This document shows, in pieces, positions 13,098 to 23,821 of a stretch of 64,000 nucleotides of DNA. Source of the DNA: Octopus vulgaris. Taxonomy: Eukaryota. The stretch covers positions 87,110,001-87,174,000 of the forward strand of contig OX597822.1 of assembly GCA_951406725.2 (NCBI GenBank), written 5' to 3'. How positions within the stretch are numbered: position 1 is the stretch's first letter; the number at the start of each line of letters is the position of its first letter. A model generated the notes under the pieces. That model had not been told where the DNA came from and did no database searches. It worked only from the letters and a program-made list of their open reading frames with translations. A program made the translations under genes and the position numbers.

Positions 13098-13773
13098 TGA
13101 TCGGATCTCTGATTTTTATGGCGGGCTTACATCCAGAATCACTCATAGCCAATAATGTAGAAGATAACTGAAGAAGTCACGATCTTCTTCCTTCACCCCC
13201 CCTATCTCTCTCTGTCCCTCTTGTATATGTGTATGTGTTCATATCATAACCATCACAATCATCACTTGTTGAATTCCATGGTGAAGAAAGAGAAATCTCA
13301 TAGATGCACACTCTGTTCCTTCCTTTGATTTATAAAGGGGAGTTAGCAGGGAGCCAAAATAAAAATAAAAAAAAAAAAAAGAAGACAGGAAGCAAAAATA
13401 CTTTCACAATTTTGTAGGCAGCCTTGTTATTTGTTAGTTTGAAAACTGCTGGATCAGTCACGTTAACAGCACAAAAATTATTAGGTCAGCTGTTATGTAA
13501 GATAATAGACAATTCATAACACTTTAAAACAACATCTGAGTTTGTATTTAAATGTTCGTATTTTTATATAAGTCTTCATTGAAATTTTGTTATTACATGA
13601 AAAAAGAAAACTTATAATAATAGATAATAAATATATATATTTATATATATATAAGATTTGTTCTGAATATCAACTTTATATATATATATACTTTTATATA
13701 TATATACACACACACACACACCCACACACATACACACACACACACATATATATATACACACATATATACATAC

Positions 13774-13832
<59 letters not shown>

Positions 13833-14011
13833 CATATATATAAATAAGTTGCAGTTATTCAACTAAGTTATATTTAAAGGTCTCCAAAATTTTTATTTTG
13901 AAAATGGATTGAAATGCACTAGCTTTATAAATATGGTGATAAAAAAAGTCAACAAAATAACTCTTTCACACACATCATGTGTATGTGTGTGTGTGTGTGT
14001 GCATATATCAT

Positions 14012-14043
<32 letters not shown>

Positions 14044-14634
14044 CTTAACACCCGTTTTCCATGCTGGCATGGCTTCAATGGTTTGACTGGAGTTGGTAAA
14101 CCAGGGGACTGCTTAAAGCTCTACTAACTACTTTGGGATAGGTTTTTATGGCTGGGTGCTTTTTATGTGGCACCAGCACTGGTGAGGTCACCAAGTAACT
14201 TGCAAGACAAAGATCCTTTAACTGAGAGAGGGAGAAGTGTTAAGGGAGGTGGCCTTGTGCCTAGTGATGAGAGGTTAGAGTATGTCAGAGGGACAGAAAC
14301 CCTGCTGCAGACGAGACACATGGTTACCCCAGAGAGAGTGAGATAGATGGTGGTAATGTGCCAAGACATAAGGCACAAGGCTGTGAATATAAATGGAATG
14401 GTAGAGAATTGCCCAGAGTAGTGTGTCAGTAGGGAGTTCAGGAAAGTGCAAAAGTGGGATGGGGGCGAAGAAGGGAAAAAAATGGGAGTGGATGTATGTG
14501 TATATACATGATGTTTATGCTAAATTTGGCAGTTTACATAAAAAGAAAAAAAAAAAACAATATCCCATCCCAAAATAAAAGTATCTAAAAAAAAAATCAA
14601 AAAATATCAACTAGAATTTGGGATGAGACATAAC

Positions 14635-14975
14635 AGTTTCTTCAAAATAGCCATCTTCAGCTTCTAACACAGCATCAAAATGGCTTCAGAACTTGGCACA
14701 TGCATTTCTCATTGTGTCCCTGGGAAGACCTTTGAACACCTCCTTGATCTTGACCACCAGCTTGGCCTTGGTGTTGCAGGTAGAGTGGTTATTGTCTTTT
14801 TCAATTGTGCCCCACACATAGTAATCTATGGGTTTGTAATCAGTGAAACTAAGAGATCTCTGGAGGTATGGCAAGGGCCCAAATCTTGCTGCCTCACATA
14901 GGGTCTTTTAATTGAAACCCTCTCCATCCAGTGTTTAACCACAGTCTCCAGCAGCTTCACATAGTCATCTAAGAC
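14635..14975 (-). mobile_element. Tc1/mariner-superfamily transposase C-terminal remnant (maT/DD37D-like)
   Basis: YVKLLETVVKHW...YVRQQDLGPCHTSR and DYKPIDYYVWGTIE...NACAKF, matching the QQDxAPxH and PDxNPLDYxxW motifs. Confidence 0.8.
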
Positions 14976-15084
14976 ACTGGTCATTGATTGTTGGATGAAT
15001 CCTGATATGTGGATGCTGTGTTGCTTTCTGCTGGCCATGGCCATAGTCTCCATTGCAGCTAGCTTGTGTTCATGTCACTTTTCT

Positions 15085-15300
15085 GTCACTTTGAATCCAC
15101 ACACTCAGCTAACATCCCAGTGTGCTTTTTTGTGTACACACTCATGCCTCTGCTTATACTCTTTTTGTGCTAGAATACTGCATTCACTCAAGAAATGGTT
15201 AATATTTTTATCTTCTTTCCCACAGATTCTGTATCTGTTCTTTGACTGAGTTTTATCAAGCTTTACCTTTATCATATTCATCTCAATGATTTGGTCCATA
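15085..15300 (-). mobile_element. R4/Dong-clade (RLE) LINE zinc-finger fragment
   Basis: DQII...KLDKTQ..RYRICGKEDKNINHFLSECSILAQKEYKQRHECVHKKAHW matches the CRxC..E...H..S.C..LA..EY..RH pattern. Confidence 0.8.
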
Positions 15301-15403
15301 AATATATAAATGTAAATACATTAATGTATGTATTTGTCTATATGAAATGACACACAAGTGTGTGTGCATGTGTACTGGTGCCTCATTAAGTATAAAAATT
15401 ATG

Positions 15404-15812
15404 GGATCTTTTCGGTTTGACTGGCAGTTTTTTGAAAATAATTTCCACGTAACTAAACACTTTTAAACTTCGTATACTGGTAGAATGTGTTTATAAAACA
15501 TCTTTTTCTCTTGGCTTTATTGAGAAAATTCTATAGTTTGTAAGATATTTGGGGGGGTTTTTTCTGCAATTTCAACCAATCAATGACGTCTATTGAGGTG
15601 AAAACATTTTGTGCCGTATGAATATGTCCCTCATTTAAGAAACAGATTGGGTTTATTTACATTTCTGAAGGAAAAAAGATACCCTTCCCCCCACCCTAAC
15701 CCTAACCCTAAAACAGATTGAAATGCAATAGATCAATACTAGGGTCATAATTACAGGTGACAATTTCATATGACACCGCTAGAAAAACCTGCCGTTCAAA
15801 CCGAAAAGATCC
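15404..15812. mobile_element. MITE with GG-ended TIRs and 8-bp TSD (Merlin-like)
   Basis: TIRs ggatcttttcggtttga / tcaaaccgaaaagatcc (17 bp perfect, extending imperfectly); TSD aaattatg at 15396-15403 and 15813-15820; internal (ccctaa)3. Confidence 0.9.
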
Positions 15813-17747
15813 AAATTATGTAAGCATATTTTGGTTAGCATATGACAAAGTATTTTCACTATTTCTCAATCACTTTTTATAGTTTTCCTGTTGTTAATGT
15901 TATTCTTTTTAAAAAGACTCAGAACTTTGTTTCCTCTGCTGCTAAAACTAAAAACTATTATTTCCCATTTGGAAGGAAAATTTTTAAATCATATGAATAA
16001 ATACATTATTTATTCCCTTAATTTTTATAGGGATCTCCTGGCAAAAAGTTTTCCTTTGATTTCTGTATCATGTTAGTTTAAACTGTGAATTAGATGTTAG
16101 TCACTAGAGAAGAAATAGAACACAATTTCTGATGCTAAAATATTCATTAAAAAATATTTGCAAATTTCACTCTGAAAATACATCTCTCCTCTTTATTTCT
16201 AGTCTCTATTTTTCTTATATTCATGCTTCCCTCTATTTTCTCTTGTTTATCTTTATTTCCACTCTTACAGTATTTTATTATTTTTACTCACTCACTCTTT
16301 CTTTCTTTCTTTCTTAGAATCAGCCTTTCTTACTCTTTCTTTTTCATATTTCTCTTCTCTCTCTATTTTATGATTATTTTTACTCTCTCTCTCCTCTCTT
16401 TCACTCTTTCATATTCTCACTCATTTTTACCTGTCTTATAATTTTTATTTTCCACTTTTATCTACTTTTGCCTTCTATTTCTCTTTTCCTTCTCTCTCAC
16501 CTTCTGTGTGTTTTTTTATACTCCTCATTCTCTCTGTGAACATTGATATTCTAAATCATTATGAGAAAGTTTAATTTACAAGTTGGTAGCCAAAAGTATG
16601 GTATAGCACCTGTCACCTGCTGCCAGTGGAAGAAAGACTGGCTGGGCTTTCATTGACCTTCTAACCTCCTGGCAATTGGTTTCACTTAAAGTTTGTCTTT
16701 CTTTTCTTTTGTTCCTCCTTCCATTTCCTATGTCAGGTGTGTGAGTGGGGTGTTTGAAAAATCTGCACCAACTATAGGAAAAGAGTAAATATCAGCCATA
16801 ACTGAGTGCAAATGTAACCTTGGCTTCTTGTTGCCATATCAACTGGCTTGCCTAGATACAGGAATGTAAATAAACCCAACATATCTCCAACAAGCAACCT
16901 ATCTGTGCATCCAATCAACCAGCCAACCAACCAACTGACCAATCAACCAACCAACCGAGGTTCTGTTTGCAGAAAGGACTGAGGCTGAAAAATTAACAAA
17001 TTCAACGATTGGGAATGATTGTGGCACTTTGCCTATTCTGTCTATTTTTCTTATTCCCTGCTTTCTTCTTCAAATGACTGTATTTTAATAGCATAAAATT
17101 TACAGACCTTTTTAAAATTCATCCAAATTGAATTATTTCAAATTTTTGCCAGATTTGTTTCAAATTTTCTACATTGATGTAGTTTTTGCCACAGGTGAAA
17201 ATTACATTCATTTCTCTATGAATTAATAACAATAAAAGAGTTGTAAGCATTTAAAATAATGTAATTTTAGCCAGATAGAATCCTCTCTGGCTGACATAGC
17301 AGATGTCTCAACTCTCTACCTATAAGACTACAAAGCACTAAGATAATATATAGAATACCAAGAAGAAAGTTCAGTCTCTTGGCTTGCTAGAAATAGCAAC
17401 CAAAATGTTTAAAGAACAAAACGGATGAAGCATTAAGCACCAGGATTTCCTCATTTGAGACAAGACCAAATCCTTTTCACTTTTTGAATGTCATTAAGAA
17501 CATTTTAATTCAAATCATTTTCCACAGATGTAATCTTTTATTGAATTCACAACCCTTAAAACACTGGGCACCACAGATCAATACTAATTGTCTCATGATA
17601 AAATTGTAGACAAAGTTTGGTGGTGGAGAAAGCAGTTGGTTACCAATGTTGTTACTGTATAAAGTGTAATAGTGATCCCCCACCAACACCGACAATATTA
17701 TCATCAGAGGCTTCTGATTGACTAAAATGACATAATTTTAACTCTTA

Positions 17748-18435
17748 CAGCAAAGAATTCAGGGTACAAGTAGAGGTTCACCAAGGATAGGTGCTCTGCC
17801 CTCTCTCATTCATCAGAGTCCTCCAGGCAATAACAGAGGAATTTAAGACAGGCTGTCCCTGGGGGTTCCTCTATGCTGATGCCCTTGTTCTTATAGCTGA
17901 ATCACTACCAGAACTAGAGAAGAAGCTTCAGATATAGAAGAAAGGTCTAGAATTGAAGGGCCTTAGAGTTAATTTAGCAAAAACCAAAGTCTTAGTAAGT
18001 AGGAAGGCAAACAAATTACAAATCCCTTCAGGTAGATAGCCCTGCTCGATCTTTAGAAAAGACATAGGTAGAAACTCCATAAAGTGTACCTGGTGTAAGC
18101 TGTGGATACATAAGAGGTGCAGAAATATCAGAGGAAGGTTAACAGGGAAAATAACTTTTGTGTGTGGAAGATGCACAGGTACAATAAACGCTAAAAATGT
18201 TCAGAAAATAGGCTCCATCAACTGTCAGGGGAGTAAGTTAGAGGTAGTAGATAGCTTCTGTTATCTAGGTGACCAAGTGGAGGTGGATGCTCCGAGAGTG
18301 TAGCTGTGAGAATAAGAATAGGCTGGACAAAGTTTAGAGAGCTCCTACTTCTGCTGGCAACAAAGGGGCTCTTTCTCAGAGTGAAAGACAGATTATATGA
18401 TGCCTGTGTGTGAATAGCTATGCTACTACAAGGCA
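17748..18435 (+). mobile_element. RTE-clade LINE ORF2 fragment (RT core, PHD-like finger, thumb)
   Basis: EFRVQVEVHQG*VL..., GCPWGFLYADALVLIAES (YADD site), GLRVNLAKTKVL, Cys/His finger, LEVVDSFCYLGD, RIRIGWTKFREL; several stops. Confidence 0.9.
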
Positions 18436-18554
18436 ATCAGTGGATTTGGTAGAATTGAGATAATATTGAGGAGAATTGTGTATAGGATGATGAGAGTATA
18501 CTTGCTCTCAGTGATACTGAATAGAAAGGGATATAGGAAAGAGAACGTCTATCT

Positions 18555-18802
18555 CAAATAGATCCAATAGAAGGATGAGCTATTCAGAGTGATCATAGTA
18601 TAGTGAATAGAGTGATTAAGGATATAAAAGTAAAGAGAGCAGCTGCTCCATCAGTGTTTGTCACTGAGATACTTAAAATATTTGGTGAAGTAAATTGGTC
18701 ACTTGAATATTCAGTCAGGTACTATAAAGATCCATCTGGCCAAATGATTGGCTTAGCAGTGTCATTGTAAACTGTTAGAAAATCAAAAAAGAAGCACTAG
18801 AG
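18555..18802 (+). mobile_element. RTE ORF2 pre-RT fragment, lying downstream of the RT fragment (out of order, so a separate insertion)
   Basis: DPIEG...VIKDIKVKRAAAPSVFVTEILK...PNDWLSSVIVNC*KIKKEALE resembles GKAPGPSG..EMLK...P.DW..S.IV..YKGKGDAL. Confidence 0.65.
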
Positions 18803-19035
18803 AGCCAACATGAAATGTTGTGTTAAACTTGGTAAGTCTACTGCAGAGACATTGAGCATGCTTTGGCAAGCTTATGATGACAAGGAAATGGGTTGTATGC
18901 CAATGTTTTGAATGGAACGGGCACTTCAAAAGTGGAAGAACATCCCTGGAAGATGATGAGCAAACTGGAAGACCTGCCATGAGCGTCACCTCTGGAAAAT
19001 GTAGAGAAAATTCATCAGCTTTTGTGCAATGAGGG
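18801..19035 (+). mobile_element. mariner transposase N-terminal HTH remnant
   Basis: RANMKCCVKLGKSTAETLSMLWQAYDDK...FEWNGHFKSGRTSLEDDEQTGRP, the typical mariner F..G..S.ED..R.GRP motif. Confidence 0.85.
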
Positions 19036-19054
19036 CTGTTGGAGGACAATGAAC

Positions 19055-19430
19055 ACTTCACTCTTATTATTTCACAGTTGTCAATTCTGAAAGACATCCT
19101 GATGTTGGTACTAAACACTCTTACAGCTTGTACTAAGGAATCCAGTAGGCCTTTGTCTATACCACAGAGCTTCAAATAATCCATAAATAGTGGGTGACTC
19201 TTTTTTCTCCTATTCTTTGCCAATGACTATCCTTCTTTAGCTTTGTTTAATATAATCAACAAAAGGATCAGTGTGATTACAAACAGGTTAAGAGAGACGC
19301 TGTCCCTTTGAAAAATTCCTCTACTGTCATTCTTTTCCCTCCTGATGTTTTGCTTCTAGTTGCTTTTTTCTAACTAGCAACTAACCATTTTGGAGATTTG
19401 GAAGAGTTTCTGCCCTCACCTGATCCATGA
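19055..19430 (-). mobile_element. R4/Dong-clade LINE reverse transcriptase remnant
   Basis: RGIFQRDSVSLNLFVITL...SHPLFMDYLKL...LDSLVQAVRVFSTNIRMSFRIDNC, matching RGIFQGDSLSP / HLLFMDDLKL. Confidence 0.85.
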
Positions 19431-20720
19431 GTGTGGTGTTTTCTCATATACTTTTGTATAAATTTGTCAAACTCTTTCTGCAATTTCTCAAGACCATCTT
19501 GTCAATTTTTAATTTCTCTTTCTTCCCTGTGCTCTTTTCACAACAGCCTTTCCTCTTCGTCAGGCATTATTAGGTGTTTCTCGTGTAGGTGTGGATGTTC
19601 CTCACCCACAATTAACCCCTTTTTCATGTACCTCTGCTGCACTTATCCCTCTTTGATATACTGCTTCTGCAAACTTTACCTTTTATCTTGCTGGGGTTAA
19701 TTAAATACAGTACCACTGAAGTACTAGGATCATTTGTATCAACTAACTTCCCCACATTTCTCAATATTTCTGACCATGTCCTTAAATTATCATCATCATC
19801 ATCATCATCAAGGTAAATTAGAACTCTCTTGTGGTATTTATATTCTGAGTTTTAGCTCCTACTAAAATTATTTTTGCCTTTCATCCATCTGGAGTTGATA
19901 AAGTTAAGTACCAACTAAATACTGGAGATTGATCGCATTGTCTAATAAGCTCACCTGGGTTTTGGTGCTGTCAGCTGCAACCTTGAGGTTGATTTACAGA
20001 GGACATTGGGTTTGAAGGTATCAATTACTCTTCCTCCCTTCAAACTTGCTGGCCTTGTACCAAAATAAGAAAGCTTTATTACCATTTATTACTTTTCTTT
20101 TATATCACTTTATTTAATAGTCCCTGTCAGGTAGGTATGAAAGCCCTTTATCACTAACAATTTGGGCAGTTACTCTGGAGGATTTCCAAGATGGGAACTA
20201 TGGACAACTTCCAAAGTTCATTGGTATGGCCGTGCTCCTGTGGGGTGTTACCTGTTCAAGACAAGTTGTATTAGCATGGAAGTGGCAATAGCCAAACCTA
20301 TTGTTGATGTGCACAGATTGACAAAACTTTTCTGCACCCTGTTGCTTAACATACATGCATTAAAAATTTGAAGGCTGCTGTTGAACAGCTATGTCGCATC
20401 GAAGATAAATCTGACAAAATCTATGAGACTTGATGTGCCTACATATTCTTTGGCTGGGAAGAGTGGTTAGTCTTCCTCTCTTTTGAGCCTATGACAAAAT
20501 AAAGAATTGGTGTTGTGTACTCAACTGACCCCATCCCCTCAAAATTGGTGGGCTTTGTCACTAAATTAGAAACAGTTGTTACTTAAAGTGGCAGAAGCAA
20601 TGGTCTCACTGAATCCCCTACTCTCCTACTCTCCTATCAGTATATGCCATCATTATTGTTGTTATTGTTGTTGTTGTTATTATTATTCTCATACATTGTT
20701 GTTTTTGTCTCTTGTTTTAG

Positions 20721-20861
20721 ATGTATTCAAGAAACTTCCTCACCTAATCTACCAGTGGGACTTCTCTAATAATGTGTCTTTGAAAACAGCCTGGCCACTT
20801 ATCTCTTTAGATTTCCCTACACCTGGACGGTTCCATGTTGATGTGACGGCGTATAACAAGG
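20721..20861 (+). CDS. Polycystin-1-like gene, exon C (141 nt, phase 1/1)
   Basis: Acceptor cttgttttag at 20720, donor aagg|gtgagt. Phase matches exon B. Translates (D)VFKKLPHLIYQWDFSNNVSLKTAWPLISLDFPTPGRFHVDVTAYNK, with the PKD YxWDF and PG.F.V.V.A.N motifs. Confidence 0.92.
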
Positions 20862-21384
20862 GTGAGTTTTTGATGTGCTCTAATCACACAGTGTCTAGCA
20901 GGCATTAACGTTCTGACAGTTAATAAATAAATTAGCACACATGCACACACACACAACAAATATAAATAAATGAAGGGAGTATAGGAGCAAAAGATATTAT
21001 TGATTTATTGCAAGCAGAACATTAGAGCAAAACATGGAAATTTATTCATTTCTTGTCAGAACTCAAATGCAGCAGGTTTTTCACTGGTGGGAAACAAGAG
21101 GCAATATATTTTATCAATTGTTTTGACTTATATTGTTTATCAATATGACCAATTCTACAGCTACTACAACGAACTGGTTTTCATCTGGTAACATAGCTAT
21201 ATTTATTGATAGAACATTGCCAATAATGAATGGCTGGCTCTATGTATAAATGACGACATCGTTTTTGTTGTATGAATATAACCTGTACAAATTTACATTG
21301 ATTTCTTACATTGGGACGTATTTGATATTTCATTGAATCAACCTTGGTACATTTACATTACTGATGTTCATATAAACTAACGAG

Positions 21385-21535
21385 GGGGTCTCAAATGCAG
21401 TTGTTTGATATGCTAGAAATAGCAATTAAGACACCCCCAAATCACACACTCTTATTGCGTTAGATAATTGTAGCTGTTGATATACAAAAATGACAGAAGT
21501 GTTATGGTTAGAAGATGCTTGATCATAAGGATAGA
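21385..21535 (+). repeat. Unclassified interspersed repeat (gctagaaatagca...aaatcacac...gataat)
   Basis: Similar segments at ~1420-1545(+), ~17375-17405(+), ~24735-24905(-). Confidence 0.5.
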
Positions 21536-22429
21536 CGTATGATGAAAAATGTTTTAGTATATGTTGAACAATAGCAGTTGGTATTTATTAAACTGAGCTT
21601 GGTGAAATGAAATATAAAATTTGACTCTTCTAGGATGAGCCTTTAAACATGAAGTTAAATTCAGAAATATACCAAATTAGTCAATTTACCATTTCTGTCA
21701 CCTTCCATTAATTTTTTAATAAACTGATTATAGGGTAAAATATTGGGCCATGATGCAATTTTAATACTTTTTTTTTTAATCTGTTGTACTTGTCTGTATT
21801 TATGCTGCCAATTCCTTTGTGAAAGGCATTAATGTCAACATATTATTATTTACTAGCGGCCAGTTAGTATAGACATTTGCATTCCTATTCTTTGTTTTAC
21901 CTCTTTTATAGGCTGTAGTCATTGGACTGCAGCCATTCAAGGGTAACAACGCCAAAGTTATTTATCAGTCATATCAACACGAGTAGTTATTTCATTCTGA
22001 TCCATATTATATTGCTCTCTATTTACTGAATGTCTAAGTTAGTTTTTGACATAAAGAGATGCAACCCAGAATATTGGTGTACACACACACACACACACCC
22101 AACAAGGTTCTGTCTACCAAATTCCAGTTACAGTAAAGTAGATGGCACCTGCTCCAGATGCTGTGCTGTTGGGCCAAAGCCAGAATCATATAGTTGCAAA
22201 GTAATCTCCTTAACTCCAAGGCTAAGTTTGCTCCTATTAAACATGCAGTGACAGAGACTTTGTCGGTTTTAGCTTCTTACAATATCGGACCCGCTTTTGC
22301 ATATTAGTTTTCTGAAAAAATAAGGAGTAGCATTCCAGGCACATGAAGCCTGTGATGTATATTCACTTTTCTGTTAAACAATTTTACTTTACTTATCTTC
22401 ATACTTCCACCTCTGGTTAAATTCCTGAA

Positions 22430-22642
22430 AAGCTGATTTGATAGAGGTGGACAGTTCCAAGCTAATTTGACAGAGATGGACATTGCCAAACTAATTTGAC
22501 TGGTATTTACACTGACAAGCTGATTTGACAGAGATGGACACTGACAAACTTTTTGACTAGGATGGATGCTGACAAGCTGATTTGACAGATGGATGTGGTC
22601 AAGTTGATTTGATAGCGATGAATACTGCCAAATTGACTTGAC
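22430..22642. repeat. 27-29-bp minisatellite, ~7.5 copies
   Basis: Head-to-tail units, consensus aagctgatttgacagagatggacactgac, no spacers. Confidence 0.9.
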
Positions 22643-23682
22643 TTTTATACAGTACAAAAAGACAAAATCTTTGATGGTGACCCAGCAGCCTTTGAATTGC
22701 GGTATAACATTCTTTTATCTGAAACTGCTATTGAAAGATGGTGAAATGCCTGAAGTAATGAAGCCTTAAGCACTTAGATTTTAGTCATTAGCTCATTGAC
22801 TTTTATCCAAGACAAAGAGAATGAATTTACCTTGAAAAATATTTTAAAGTTCTTTATTTCATGTTTCTCACCTTACAAAAGGAGAAAGGTAAGTGAAATA
22901 TTTATCTGTTAAAATACTGGGGTAAATTCAGTCAGGTATATTCCTTTTCTACAGAAACTGGCTTAGAGTCAAAACAATGAAATCAATGTAAACACTTTGC
23001 TCTTCACTACAAGAAATTCTGCCTTCAATATAAGATATACCATAACTTTCAAGATATTGCATAAAATTTTCTTCTCAAAACCATAGTACCATCAGTGAAG
23101 TGGCTACAACCCAGAATTAGATTGAGTTTTGACTACTCTTAGGAGAAGCTTCCCTTGAAGTATTATTTGGCAGTCTTTGTGGACTTTACAATAGAAAATA
23201 GTGATTTACTATGTTGAAATTCTAAACAAGTTTCAAAGATAATTCTTCTTATGAAAGATGATTCCTCTCAATCTGTTCATAAAATCAAGATCCCTGCCTG
23301 AAATATCAGAACTCCTCCCTCTTGACATTATTCACAAAGTTATTTTCAGATTCTAAGAATTCCTTTGTTTGTTTTTTATTGTTAATGCAGACAATCTTGA
23401 TTTTTTTCTTTTTTGTATTTAATGGGGCTGCATCCAAATCTGTGTCATCTTGTTTGGTTGTTGCTTTGCTCCTTTTCTTTATTCTCTCCCTCTTACCCTC
23501 TCTCTTTTCTATTTGATGATTAATGCAGCTTTATTCATTGATCTGCCTAAATCACAGCTCTATACAACATTTCTAGAAAACACAACCAAGACCTTTCGAT
23601 CCTGAATCCAATTTACTTATGTATTAAGTCATTACAAATCACCATGACTGTGGTGATGATGGTGATGATGATAACAGCAGTG

Positions 23683-23719
23683 AAGTGATAGCAATTTCTA
23701 TAGACATACAGATATATAC

Positions 23720-23761
<42 letters not shown>

Positions 23762-23821
23762 AGTGATAGCAATTTCTATAGACATACAGATATATGTATA
23801 TATATATATATAGTGATAAAG
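23683..23821. repeat. Local tandem duplication including a (TA)n tract
   Basis: aagtgatagcaatttctatagacatacagatata-(ta)n-gtgataa occurs twice back to back. Confidence 0.85.

Noticed and set aside
15694-15711. Chromosome end or fusion scar from (CCCTAA)3
   Set aside because: Only three units, located inside a MITE.
22430-22642. CRISPR-like look of the 29-bp repeats
   Set aside because: Units are directly adjacent with no unique spacers, there are no cas genes, and the context is a eukaryotic intron.
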